Source of the DNA: Chloroflexota bacterium
Lineage (GTDB): Bacteria > Chloroflexota > Dehalococcoidia > JABGRK01
DNA length: 64,000 nt
Assembly: GCA_018648325.1 (NCBI GenBank)
Contig: JABGRK010000010.1
Span: 200,621-264,620, forward strand
Direction of reading: 5' to 3'
Every line of letters starts with the position of its first letter. The stretch's first letter is position 1. Positions 27,785-37,901 of this stretch are shown here, piece by piece. The notes beneath the pieces are model-generated. The model did not search any database and was not told the origin of the DNA. It saw nothing but the letters and a program-made list of their open reading frames with translations. A program made the translations under genes and the position numbers.

Positions 27785-28462
27785 CTATAAATGTAAAATA
27801 GTGCCATCATAACCCACTGCAAAAACATCAGAGGAGGAATTGCCCCACACACACTTAAGAAACGCCGCCGTGGTACCGCTGCTCATTGCGCTCCAGTCTG
27901 TTCCATTATAGTGCAGAATAGTTCCACTCACACCCACAGTATAGACATCTGAGGAGGAACTGCCCCACACATTATATAGATGTTCTGTGGTGCCGCTGCT
28001 CATCTCGCTCCAGGCTGTTCCATCATAGTGCAGAATGGTTCCACTCCCACCTACGGCAAAGACATCGGAGGACGAGCTTCCCCATATACTGCGTAGACGT
28101 TCAGTTGTTCCGCTGGTCATTGAGCTCCAGGATGTGCTCCTGAATGATGCTTGTATTGTATGGTTGGCAGTCACATCAGAAAATGCGTAGCTGTTTACGA
28201 TACCAACCGAAACACCGTCCACCAGTACATCGGCAATCCTGTATCCGGTATCCGGGGTGACGGTAAAGGATTTGTTGTCACCGTCGTCGACAATCACAGC
28301 ACCGGACGGAGATATCGAGCCGTCGGTATCTGTAGAAGCGGTAATGGTGTGGGTTGCCGCAGTATTATCATTATTGGGATTGCTACAACTGCTTGCAAGT
28401 AAGGTGAATGAAAAGGATAGCATCAGTATTAAAACAAAGCATAAAATGCGAATTCTAAGCAT
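27785..28462 (-). CDS. Secreted protein: InlB-B-repeat-like domain plus 3-4 ~40-aa beta-propeller-like repeats (WSxMSSGTTExLxxVWGSSSSDVFAVGxSGTILHYDGT). It ends in the middle of a repeat and may be truncated.
   Basis: Signal peptide and repeat periodicity are visible in the translation. The stop occurs after TILHL, inside a repeat unit. Confidence 0.5.
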   Translation of the reverse strand: MLRIRILCFVLILMLSFSFTLLASSCSNPNNDNTAATHTITASTDTDGSISPSGAVIVDDGDNKSFTVTPDTGYRIADVLVDGVSVGIVNSYAFSDVTANHTIQASFRSTSWSSMTSGTTERLRSIWGSSSSDVFAVGGSGTILHYDGTAWSEMSSGTTEHLYNVWGSSSSDVYTVGVSGTILHYNGTDWSAMSSGTTAAFLKCVWGNSSSDVFAVGYDGTILHL

Positions 28463-28757
28463 TATATAATTTCCTCATATTAAATAACATTTGAACGTCA
28501 TTTTAGCAAACATAGCTTTGTATAGTCAATTGACAATTATCTAAAAGGAGGAATAGACACTGTACATTTAAACAGATATCTTTGAGAACATTCTACTCCA
28601 CTAAGTAGTAGAACACTGTAGAGATATATGGCACGTTTGTTGCGAGTATGTATTAATTTCTCAAAAGACTGGACAAGACCGTATCGTCATGTGGTACAAT
28701 ACCAAATCGAACCTTTTTAATATTAATTGCGTATATAGTACCTAGGAAGATAATTTT

Positions 28758-31700
28758 TTGGTCAAGGGTAAGAAAAAAATAGACAAGAGCGCTCATCTTT
28801 ATCGGTTGCCGAACAGGCACCGGACTGAGAGAGACCTTATATATTGGGGCAAGGTTGCCGGTCTTGCCACCCTACGATTCATCAGGGACAAAGGCAATGT
28901 TGTGGCATTGTCTCGTTCCAACTGGAATCTACGGGGTTTTATTCTCCTCAGCTTTTTCTTTGGTGGAATGGCCAGTCTGATGGATCAGGTGTTGTGGATG
29001 CGCCAGTTGGGGCTCATTTTCGGCACAACCATGCAGGCGGTTAGTACTGTATTGGCCATTTTCATGGCTGGGCTTGCGCTGGGCAGCTTCCTTTTTGGCA
29101 GAATGGCTGATAAAAGTAAAAATCCGTTACGCCTGTTTGCTTTGCTGCAGATTGGCATTGGCTCATATGTAATGCTGACCCCGCTGATTTTCAAAGCACT
29201 TAACGCGACTCAGGTATCGATTTATGGCTCTTTGCCAGTGGGCAGTGCTGGTATTACCATACTGCGCATACTGTTCGCATTTCTGGTACTTATAGTCCCA
29301 ACCACGCTTATGGGCGGCACTCTGCCTGTTATTGCCAAGTACTTTGTACGCAAGCGGGATGAACTGGGCGGTGGATTGGGTAATTTGTACTTCATTAACA
29401 CACTGGGCGCGGTGCTGGGCGCTTTTCTGGCTGGTTTCTTCCTTATACCATATATCGGCGTTTTGGCTGCGACCTTGTTGGCGGCGTCTATCGACTTGAC
29501 TATAGGAGTGGTCTTTTATTTGCTTTGCCGATCGAGGTTGAAGCCTAAGGACGAGCCAATGCCGGTTGTCCAAGAGGAAGTTGTTCAAGAGCCTGCATTG
29601 CTTGCAAAAAAACAGCTCAAACGGCAGGAGCGCATACATCGCAAGCAGGAAAGACTGAAGCCAGAAGTATACTCCAGGGCGATAAAGATAGTTGTATTTG
29701 TCGGTTTTGCCTTTGGAGGGCTGGCTGCCATAAGCCTTGAGGTTTCCTGGACGCGTGTTCTTTCCATGATTCTGGGCAGTTCGATATATGCTTTTAGCCT
29801 TATGCTGACTGCTTTTCTGCTGGGCATTGCCCTGGGCAGCGCCATTGTTTCCAAGTTCGTTGATCGATTGAGACACCTGTGGGTGTACTTCTTGGCGGTG
29901 CAGGTGCTTATTGGGCTGGCCGTTTTAGTTCTTAATCCAATATTTGGCGAACTGCCGCTTCTTTTTGTGCGTATTTTCCCGAATCTTCAGGCGAACTTCT
30001 GGCTATTGCAGTTTGTGCAGTTCTTGTTGCTACTGCTTATAATGCTTGTTCCCACACTGCTAATGGGTGCTGCATTCCCAATCGCTGCCAGGATTTATAG
30101 TGATGATATGGAGCACATGGGTGGTTCGGTTGGCAGGCTCTATGCCGGAAACACATTCGGGTCAATGGTAGGCCCGCTTATAGCCGGATTTATCATTATT
30201 CCTCTCATCGGCATTCAGTGGAGCATATCGCTTGTTTCTATAATCTATCTGGTTATTGCCGGCGCAGTTTTCATTGTCGGCTTCAAGGAGCGTCTGGCCT
30301 CTTCCGGTGCCGATTTTATTAACGGATGCAAGCAACGTTTGTGGTGGCCTTATGTGACAAGGGCAGGGCGTTTTATATCCCGGAAAGCCCGCGTGATTCC
30401 TATCATCAGGGGGATTGTACTATTACCGGTGGTGCTTATCTGGCCACTGATTAACCCGGCACGTACGGCAAGGGCAATTGCCTCTGCCTCCTTTGGACTC
30501 ACCGTGGTTATCTTGCCGGCCTTGCTTGTGGCTACTATCCTTGTTCCTACTTTGGGTTCGTGGAATAAAAAGATACTCAACAGCGGTGTTTTTCTATATG
30601 CCGATAATTATCAGGGCGCGGGAGATTTAGCAGCGTCGATCAGTGGTAGTGGCCAATTTGTATTCTACGACGAGGGTTTGATGGCGACCGTGGCCGTTTA
30701 CGATGAGGAAAATGGTGATAGATCGCTTACAGTAGACGGCAAGGTTGATGCCACCAGCTTCGGAGATTTACCCACCGAACTGATCTCCGGACACCTGCCC
30801 ATGATTTTACATGAGAATCCTGAAGAAGTACTGCTTATTGGATTGGGCAGTGGTATTACACTTGGTGCGGTAGAGCAATATCCATCTCTGATTAATGTAG
30901 AAGCGGTGGAGATTTCAAACGCCGTCATAGAAAGCGCTAAGTATTTTAAAGAGGCCAACCATGATGCTCTAAACAACGAAAAACTGACCATGATACAGGC
31001 CGATGCCAGGAACTACGTGTTTGCTCAAGGTAAAACGGGTAAAGAATATGACGTTATTACCGCAGAACCCTCCAATCCCTGGATGGCGGGCAATTCAATT
31101 CTGTTTACCAGGGAGCAGTTTGAGCTTTATAAGAAGGTACTTGCCGATGACGGTATAATCTGCCAGTGGGTACATTACTACAGCATGAGTCCCGCAGACC
31201 TGAACACAGTTATTGCCACTTTTACAGATGTTTTCCCCAATTCCACGCTGTGGAGAACAGGGGGGGACCTTCTGCTTATAGGAACTAAGGATAAGCAAAG
31301 CATAGATTTTGTCGCACTTAACACCAGAGTGCAGCAGCCGGATATTTCGGCCGACCTTAAAAGGATGGACGTTGATGACGTCTATGGTATACTGGGCAGG
31401 TTTGTTATGGGGCCAGAGGCTCTGGAAGCGTTCAGTGATGGGGCCCCAATGCATACGGATAATAATCCCATACTTCAGTTTTCCGCGCCCAAAAGCCTGT
31501 ATAACGATACTAATTTGGTGAATAACGCTCAGAGTTTGCAGCGAGCCGCTCAAAGGATAGAAGATATAGACTCTTTGCTTATTAATACAGATGATGATGC
31601 TAATTTCCCGGAGGAGATACAGAAACAGAGAGGATTTTATATCCATTACACCTCTGCACTTGTTAATGGCCAAAAGACGAACACTAGCCTGGCACAAGGG

Positions 31701-32906
31701 AATATTGCTGATGCTAATAAATACGCGAATGCGACGTTAGCTGCTAATGAGGCCATACTGGGTACCGGGGCCAGAGGCGCTTATATCAATAGGCACCTGG
31801 GTTCGCAAATTCTTGATAGAGGCAAGGAACAAGGCAATCTTTCATTTGTGGAACAAGCTATTCCCTACTTGGAACAATCGATTGCGCTTAATCCCACCGT
31901 TGTAACAACATGGGTTGATCTGGGCGAGGCCTATTATATTTCGGGGCAATATCAGAATGCTGTTGAATCATTTAGTGGTGCACTTGATCTTGTAAAGGGT
32001 AACACGTTTTTATATAACTTGCGTGGTCAGACATACCAGAAGCTGGAAGAATGGGATGCGGCTATCGAGGATTTTGATCAGGCTATAAGGCTTGCCCCCG
32101 CCTTCACCGATGTTTGGGCCTCCAGAGCATTGGCCTATATGAACTTCGCGTTTGAGACGGAAAACGATGAGGAAAAAGATGCCCGTTTGGATAGAGCCCT
32201 CGTCGATGCCAATCAAGCGCTTCAGCTCGATTCTAGGCAGGCAGCAGCTTATTATATCCGGGGCCGGGTTTATTGTGAGCTGGGTGAGCAAACAGGTAAT
32301 AAGCGCTATTATAACCTTGCCATATCAGAGCAGCGTAAGTCTATATCCATTAATTCTGATTCGCCATATCCATATGTGTATTTGGGTAAAGCACAGGCAG
32401 CTCTGGGCGGCGAAGCGAATTTAGATGTGGCGAGGAAATCGTTTGATCTGGCAGTACTTAAAGGGAAGAACCAGGACGGGGACGTAATATACTGGGAAGT
32501 ATCATATGAGTATGGCCGATTTCTGTTTGAGAATGTAGAGGAATTGGACCTGTATTTCCCTATTGCGCTAGATAGAACCGAGGCCGCAGTGGCAAATATG
32601 CTTAGGGCATATGAGCTTGCCCCTAAACGTGCGCAGTATGTACTTGATGCTTTCGATGAGTTTATTGATCTGGAAAATATAACAAAGGATGATCTGGAAC
32701 ACCTCGGAACTATTCATGCGACTCTGCCCGATACCGATATTGCAGAGAGAATCCCGGTTGCGGTTGATGAAATGCTTAACTGGGATCATATTACCGAAGC
32801 CGATCGTGAGACTCTTGATGAGATCCTTTTATATCTGCCCATCACAGAAGTGGGACAAAGGGCTTTGGAAGCCCTTGATGTGCTGGATACCGCTGCCGCG
32901 TCTTAG
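28758..32906 (+). CDS. Large membrane protein: duplicated multi-TM domain + spermidine-synthase-like (SpeE fold, AdoMet-MTase) domain + C-terminal TPR repeats
   Basis: Two copies of the GG(M/L)A(S/A)LxxEVxW(M/T)RxLxLIxG membrane motif. SpeE-like core (LLIGLGSGITLGA...VEAVEISNAV...DVITAEPSNP). TPR units (AYYIRGRVYCELGE...). The first in-frame codon is TTG at 28758, but a GTG at 28902 preceded by AAAGG is the more plausible start. Confidence 0.75.
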   Translation: MVKGKKKIDKSAHLYRLPNRHRTERDLIYWGKVAGLATLRFIRDKGNVVALSRSNWNLRGFILLSFFFGGMASLMDQVLWMRQLGLIFGTTMQAVSTVLAIFMAGLALGSFLFGRMADKSKNPLRLFALLQIGIGSYVMLTPLIFKALNATQVSIYGSLPVGSAGITILRILFAFLVLIVPTTLMGGTLPVIAKYFVRKRDELGGGLGNLYFINTLGAVLGAFLAGFFLIPYIGVLAATLLAASIDLTIGVVFYLLCRSRLKPKDEPMPVVQEEVVQEPALLAKKQLKRQERIHRKQERLKPEVYSRAIKIVVFVGFAFGGLAAISLEVSWTRVLSMILGSSIYAFSLMLTAFLLGIALGSAIVSKFVDRLRHLWVYFLAVQVLIGLAVLVLNPIFGELPLLFVRIFPNLQANFWLLQFVQFLLLLLIMLVPTLLMGAAFPIAARIYSDDMEHMGGSVGRLYAGNTFGSMVGPLIAGFIIIPLIGIQWSISLVSIIYLVIAGAVFIVGFKERLASSGADFINGCKQRLWWPYVTRAGRFISRKARVIPIIRGIVLLPVVLIWPLINPARTARAIASASFGLTVVILPALLVATILVPTLGSWNKKILNSGVFLYADNYQGAGDLAASISGSGQFVFYDEGLMATVAVYDEENGDRSLTVDGKVDATSFGDLPTELISGHLPMILHENPEEVLLIGLGSGITLGAVEQYPSLINVEAVEISNAVIESAKYFKEANHDALNNEKLTMIQADARNYVFAQGKTGKEYDVITAEPSNPWMAGNSILFTREQFELYKKVLADDGIICQWVHYYSMSPADLNTVIATFTDVFPNSTLWRTGGDLLLIGTKDKQSIDFVALNTRVQQPDISADLKRMDVDDVYGILGRFVMGPEALEAFSDGAPMHTDNNPILQFSAPKSLYNDTNLVNNAQSLQRAAQRIEDIDSLLINTDDDANFPEEIQKQRGFYIHYTSALVNGQKTNTSLAQGNIADANKYANATLAANEAILGTGARGAYINRHLGSQILDRGKEQGNLSFVEQAIPYLEQSIALNPTVVTTWVDLGEAYYISGQYQNAVESFSGALDLVKGNTFLYNLRGQTYQKLEEWDAAIEDFDQAIRLAPAFTDVWASRALAYMNFAFETENDEEKDARLDRALVDANQALQLDSRQAAAYYIRGRVYCELGEQTGNKRYYNLAISEQRKSISINSDSPYPYVYLGKAQAALGGEANLDVARKSFDLAVLKGKNQDGDVIYWEVSYEYGRFLFENVEELDLYFPIALDRTEAAVANMLRAYELAPKRAQYVLDAFDEFIDLENITKDDLEHLGTIHATLPDTDIAERIPVAVDEMLNWDHITEADRETLDEILLYLPITEVGQRALEALDVLDTAAAS

Positions 32907-33008
32907 ACTGGTCTCAATCTGGCATGTTTGAGCCCCTTCGCTTTTCTCTTTAGCAAGTTCGCAGTGCTTTTTCCGCTCGCCCTTACCCACAAGTAGTTTC
33001 AAGAGGTA

Positions 33009-33050
33009 TTGACAACCTTTTGCTTTGGTGTTACATTGATTGAGCGCTCA
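33009..33050 (+). promoter_or_regulatory. Candidate promoter (TTGACA-16/17-TACATT) and perfect 10-bp palindrome TGAGCGCTCA (33041..33050) upstream of the TetR gene; possible auto-operator
   Basis: Read directly from the sequence. The palindrome lies between the -10 and the RBS (GGAGG at 33063). Confidence 0.35.
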
Positions 33051-33075
33051 CTCAGTGAAGCGGAGGTACGTGTAA

Positions 33076-33702
33076 TTGGTAAGCACCAACAATCATAAGG
33101 GCAAAGAGGCAATAACAAAGCAGAGAAAGCGGCAGATACTTAATGCCGCCCGCGATGTTTTCTCCCGTAAGGGTTTTGCCGAGGCCACCACCGCTGAGAT
33201 TGCACAGACGGCGGGTGTTTCCGAAGGCACCATCTATAATTATTTTGCCAGCAAGCGTGATCTTCTGGTGTCCCTTATCGGCGGATACGCGCTGGATGAA
33301 TCACTGCTTAACCTGTTTAAAAGCCCCACTATAAATGCCATTGATTCACTGCCCGCCCTTCTGGAGGATCGCATAGACATTGGTTTTGAAAACTCCGATT
33401 TGCTTACCCTGCTACTGGCTGAGATACAGCGCACTCCCGAATTTGGTGAGCAGTACTCCGGCCAGGTACTCAATCCGGGACTGGCGCTACTTAAGACCTA
33501 CCTGGATATGAGGGTAAAAAACGGCACTCTGCGTCCTGTTGATACGGAAGTGGCGTCGCGAGCAGTAGTTGCCATGGTTGTAGGGCTTATCGCTGTGCAT
33601 CAAATCGAGGGCAAGGATGGGTTCCTTGCCAATTATCCTGTTAAAGATCTGGCCGATGAAGTGGCCAATATTTTATCTGTGGGACTGGGAACAAAGAAAT
33701 GA
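33076..33702 (+). CDS. TetR/AcrR-family transcriptional regulator
   Basis: N-terminal HTH (ILNAARDVFSRKGFAEATTAEIAQTAGVSEGTIYNYFASKRDLL). TTG start 8 nt after GGAGG. Confidence 0.85.
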   Translation: MVSTNNHKGKEAITKQRKRQILNAARDVFSRKGFAEATTAEIAQTAGVSEGTIYNYFASKRDLLVSLIGGYALDESLLNLFKSPTINAIDSLPALLEDRIDIGFENSDLLTLLLAEIQRTPEFGEQYSGQVLNPGLALLKTYLDMRVKNGTLRPVDTEVASRAVVAMVVGLIAVHQIEGKDGFLANYPVKDLADEVANILSVGLGTKK

Positions 33703-33722
33703 TTGGGGTTGTTGGGGGATAG

Positions 33723-36700
33723 ATGAGCTACTTTCTGGGTATTGATATAGGGTCGATCAGCGCCAAGCTGGCTCTTATAGATAAAGACGGCGTGGTTATC
33801 GATCTTGATAGCATAAAAGTAACCACCGGCCCGCGTGATGCGGTGGTTGAGCTTATATCCCGCCTTAAGCAGAAATACGCTCTTGATGATATCACCGCTG
33901 TTGGTGTATCCGGTTCAAGCAAGATGTCCATCCCGGCCCAGCTTAACTGGCTGGAGTGCAGCAGTTCACTGTCTATCGCCTCGGGCGTTCTTAATTACCA
34001 TCCCGATGCCAAGTCGATTATCATGATCGGCGGGCAAAGCTCGATGGTGATTGAACTGGAGGACGGGCTCAACAAGCCATGGAAGGTGGATTCCAATCCG
34101 CTGTGTGCTGCCGGAACAGGTCGTTTCCTCGAGCAGCAGGCTTATCGTCTCGGTATTAACCTAGATGATTTCTCACGTCTGGCGCTGGAAGTTGACGAAG
34201 CCCCTCCCAGAATTGCCGCCAGATGCAGCGTTTTTGCCAAGACCGACCTGATTCACCTGCAGCAAAAAGGCGTGTCGCTGGGCGCCATGCTCTACTCACT
34301 GTGCGACAGCATAGCCCGCATGGTTGCTTCCTTCAAACGAGGGCCTTTTAAGGAACCGGTCTATTTCGTGGGTGGAGTCGCTGCCAATGATGCGATAGTC
34401 CGTTCTGTAAATGAGGTTATCTCTGATCGCAACAAGAGTGAAGTTGCGGTCACCGTTCCTGAAAATTACGTATACATGGAGGCCATTGGTTCGGCGCTGC
34501 TGGCTCGTGATTCGGGCAAGAATTCAATAGTAAGAATGCTGTCGTCTGAAGAGGTCAAACAGAGCTACTATGAGATGCCGCAACTAGACGAAGTTTCTCA
34601 AAGCAATGGCTGGACAGCCGAGCAGATCGAGAAGCCATTTGTCGGTTATCTGGGTATAGACGTTGGGTCCACCAGTACCAAGGCCGTTATAGTTGACCAG
34701 ACGGGCAAGCAGGTCATTTCCAAGAGTTATCTTATGACCGCCGGCCAACCCGTCGATGCTATTAAAGACGTATTTACCAGCCTTCATAGCAGTGTTGGCG
34801 ATAATGCCGAAATTGCCGGTGTAGGTGTTACCGGATCAGGCAGATATCTGGTGGGCAGTTTTGTCGGTGCCGATATTATCAGAAACGAGATTACGGCCCA
34901 AACCAAGGCTGCCGAGAATGTTGACCCCGATGCCGATATCATTGAAATCGGCGGGCAGGATTCCAAGCTGGTCATTAAACGTAACGGTGTTGTGGTCGAT
35001 TATCAAATGAACAAGGCCTGTGCCGCAGGAACCGGCAGCTTCATTGATGAGCTGGCCGAGATGCTGGGTGTATCGGTCACCAGTGGCGAGTTTGCTTCGC
35101 TGGCCTTTAAAGCTGAGCACACTATCGAGCTGGGCACTAAATGCGCAGCATTCATTGGTCAGGCGGTATCACTGGCGCAGCACGAAGCTATTCCTATCGA
35201 GGTCGTTGTTGCCAGCCTGTCCAGATCGGTAGCGCGTAACTATCTTTCCAAGGTAGTGGGTAATAGAAATCTGGGTCAGAAGATAATTCTGACCGGCGCA
35301 GTTTTTTATAACGATGCGGTTGTATCCGCCTTTAAAAAAGAGCTTCCCGATAAAACAATGATTGTTCCCGAGCATAAAGAAGTGACCGGTGCCATTGGCG
35401 CGGCGCTGCTGGCAAAGGAAGAGGTAGAGCAATCGGGCGTCAAGTCCGCCTTCAAAGGATTTGAGCAGGTGATTGGTAGTCAGTATGAGATCAGCACCTT
35501 TACCTGTAAGACCTGTGATAACAACTGCACCATCAGCCGTATGAATATCCCGGACGAGAAGCCTACATTCTATGGCAGCCGCTGCGACCTGTTCGACAGT
35601 AACATCGGGCAGGGTAAAGTAGAAACCCTGTTTGATAAACGTGAGCAGATGCTATTTGCCGATTATGACGAAACTGCCGGTACTGGAATTACCGTTGGTG
35701 TGCCGCGGGCACTTGGCATGTATGATTTTGCTCCGTTGTTCATCAACTTCCTCAACTCGCTTGGCGTAAAGGTCAAAATGTCCAATAAGACCAACCGCGG
35801 CATTGTGGAGCGGGCCATTCAACTCTCATATACCGATAGTTGTCTGCCTATGAAGCTGCTGCACGGGCATGCCGCCAGTATTAAAGATGACGTTGATTAT
35901 ATACTTTTCCCCTCTGCTATAAGAATGGGTGAAAAGGACGGGGATGAAAACCAGAAGTACACCTGCCCGCTGGTGCAGGCATCGCCGTATATCATCAGGC
36001 AGGTTCTGGATATCGGAGACAGGGCGCTGGTGCCCACCATCGATTTCAGCATGGGTGATAAGGATGTAATTAACAACCTTACCGATATCGCCAAAAAACT
36101 GGGCTTTTCCAAAAAAGATGGTAAGAAAGCCGCACTTAAAGGCTTAAAAGCGCATCGCAAATTCCAGGCCGATCAGATCGAGATAGGCCAGAACATGCTG
36201 GCTCAGCTCAGGGAAAGCGGGCAGCTTGGCGTTGTGGTCTATGCCCGGTCGTATCTGTCGCAGGATTCGGGAGCCAATCTGGGTATTGCAGAGAAGCTGG
36301 CACAACTCGGTGTGATGCCCATACCGCTGGATTTCCTGCCGCTGGATTCTATCGATGTCAAGCAGTTCTCCGACAGGCCCTACTGGCATTACGAGAGCAT
36401 GCATATCGCCGGTGCTGCCATAACGCTCAAGGAACCGAAGTTATACGGCATGATGCTCAGCTGTTTTGGTTGCGGACCCAATTCGTTTGTAACCAACATT
36501 GTTGAAGATATAACCGATGGCAAACCTCTGGGCCATCTGGAACTGGATGAACATGCCGCCGAGGCCGGACTGGTGACCAGGCTTGAGGCATTTGTCGATA
36601 CCATAAGCGGGTATCATCGCCATCATAGTGGTGATGAGGTACCCAAGTGGGATGTCGATATACGCCGCGCGCTGCCCAACTCCATATCGGTTAACGACAA

Positions 36701-37889
36701 AACTATCCTGATACCGTGGATGAATCCGCATGCAGAGATGTTGGGTGCAGCCATGCGCGCCTTTGGCGTCAAGGCAAAGGTGCTTCCGGAGCAGGATGAC
36801 CGCAACCTGATGTACGGCAACATGGTTTCATCGGGCAAGGAGTGTCTGCCGTATCGCATAACCATCGGTGATTTCATGAAGTTCTACTACGATAACAACG
36901 GCAATGGTACTGATCTTACCAAGGTTGCCGGTTTCATGCCCAGCGCTTACGGCCCATGCCGCTTTGGCAAGTACGCCGTGGAGCAGATGCGCCAGCTCAG
37001 GGACATCGGGTTTGACCTGCAACTGGAGACCACGGTTTCCAACGCCGGATACCGCGATTTCGGTTTGGGGATCGCCTTTGAACGCCTTTCGTGGAAGGGC
37101 ATCGTGTCAATAGACTATTTACAGAGATTGTTGTGGCGCTCGCGCCCTTATGAATATGACGAGGGCGCAGCAGACGTGCTTTTTGACAAATACAGGGCGC
37201 TTTTGGTTGAATGCATAGAGGCAAGAGGATCGCTGGACGAGGTACTTAGCCAGGCGGTGCAGGAGTTCCGGGAAATAGCAGACCATGATGCGCCCAGAAA
37301 GCCGCTTATCGGTATAAACGGTGAGATATTCCTGCGTACCAACCGCTTTTCAAATTGCGATCTGGAGCGTGAGTGCGAAAAGGCCGGGCTAGAGGTTATC
37401 GTATCACCCATGGGCGAGTGGCTCAATTACGTCACACATCGCTACATCGAAGATGCCGTCAAGTTCCGCAGTGTCAAGAAACTGATACGCGGATATATCA
37501 AAAGACGCATTCAGCGCAAGGATGAAAAATCGGTGGCAGACAATTTCAAGGGTGTTTTTGATCTACACGATCCGTCTATAAAAGAGGTCCTGAGTTATTC
37601 GCGTGCCTTCCTTTCATCCAAGTGCGGTTCTGAGGCTGTATTGTCTATAGGTACCGGCATAGAGTGGATGGAAAATCCGCAGTTCGCCGGTGTTATATCG
37701 GTGATGCCGCATGGCTGTATGCCCGGCGGAATCGTCGCGGCTATGAGCGAGAAGTTCAGTGCGGAGTACGGCAAGCCTTGGGTGAACCTTACGTATGACG
37801 GGTTTATGGAAAACACCAACCAGACAAAGATTCACAATCTGGCCGAGGTACTCAAGTATACCAGCAAGGAACCTGCCAAGATTGCTTAA
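33723..37889 (+). CDS. Fused CoA-substrate-specific enzyme activase (two BadF/BadG/BcrA/BcrD-type ASKHA ATPase domains) + 2-hydroxyacyl-CoA-dehydratase (HgdB/D-component)-like domain; 1388 aa
   Basis: ASKHA motifs are present twice: LGIDIGSISAKLAL and LGIDVGSTSTKAVI, with their downstream GGQSS/GGQDSK stretches. The C-terminal ~600 aa carry the Cys pattern typical of DUF2229/HgdB-like proteins. Confidence 0.8.
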   Translation: MSYFLGIDIGSISAKLALIDKDGVVIDLDSIKVTTGPRDAVVELISRLKQKYALDDITAVGVSGSSKMSIPAQLNWLECSSSLSIASGVLNYHPDAKSIIMIGGQSSMVIELEDGLNKPWKVDSNPLCAAGTGRFLEQQAYRLGINLDDFSRLALEVDEAPPRIAARCSVFAKTDLIHLQQKGVSLGAMLYSLCDSIARMVASFKRGPFKEPVYFVGGVAANDAIVRSVNEVISDRNKSEVAVTVPENYVYMEAIGSALLARDSGKNSIVRMLSSEEVKQSYYEMPQLDEVSQSNGWTAEQIEKPFVGYLGIDVGSTSTKAVIVDQTGKQVISKSYLMTAGQPVDAIKDVFTSLHSSVGDNAEIAGVGVTGSGRYLVGSFVGADIIRNEITAQTKAAENVDPDADIIEIGGQDSKLVIKRNGVVVDYQMNKACAAGTGSFIDELAEMLGVSVTSGEFASLAFKAEHTIELGTKCAAFIGQAVSLAQHEAIPIEVVVASLSRSVARNYLSKVVGNRNLGQKIILTGAVFYNDAVVSAFKKELPDKTMIVPEHKEVTGAIGAALLAKEEVEQSGVKSAFKGFEQVIGSQYEISTFTCKTCDNNCTISRMNIPDEKPTFYGSRCDLFDSNIGQGKVETLFDKREQMLFADYDETAGTGITVGVPRALGMYDFAPLFINFLNSLGVKVKMSNKTNRGIVERAIQLSYTDSCLPMKLLHGHAASIKDDVDYILFPSAIRMGEKDGDENQKYTCPLVQASPYIIRQVLDIGDRALVPTIDFSMGDKDVINNLTDIAKKLGFSKKDGKKAALKGLKAHRKFQADQIEIGQNMLAQLRESGQLGVVVYARSYLSQDSGANLGIAEKLAQLGVMPIPLDFLPLDSIDVKQFSDRPYWHYESMHIAGAAITLKEPKLYGMMLSCFGCGPNSFVTNIVEDITDGKPLGHLELDEHAAEAGLVTRLEAFVDTISGYHRHHSGDEVPKWDVDIRRALPNSISVNDKTILIPWMNPHAEMLGAAMRAFGVKAKVLPEQDDRNLMYGNMVSSGKECLPYRITIGDFMKFYYDNNGNGTDLTKVAGFMPSAYGPCRFGKYAVEQMRQLRDIGFDLQLETTVSNAGYRDFGLGIAFERLSWKGIVSIDYLQRLLWRSRPYEYDEGAADVLFDKYRALLVECIEARGSLDEVLSQAVQEFREIADHDAPRKPLIGINGEIFLRTNRFSNCDLERECEKAGLEVIVSPMGEWLNYVTHRYIEDAVKFRSVKKLIRGYIKRRIQRKDEKSVADNFKGVFDLHDPSIKEVLSYSRAFLSSKCGSEAVLSIGTGIEWMENPQFAGVISVMPHGCMPGGIVAAMSEKFSAEYGKPWVNLTYDGFMENTNQTKIHNLAEVLKYTSKEPAKIA

Positions 37890-37901
37890 GTCGCTTGCCT
37901 T

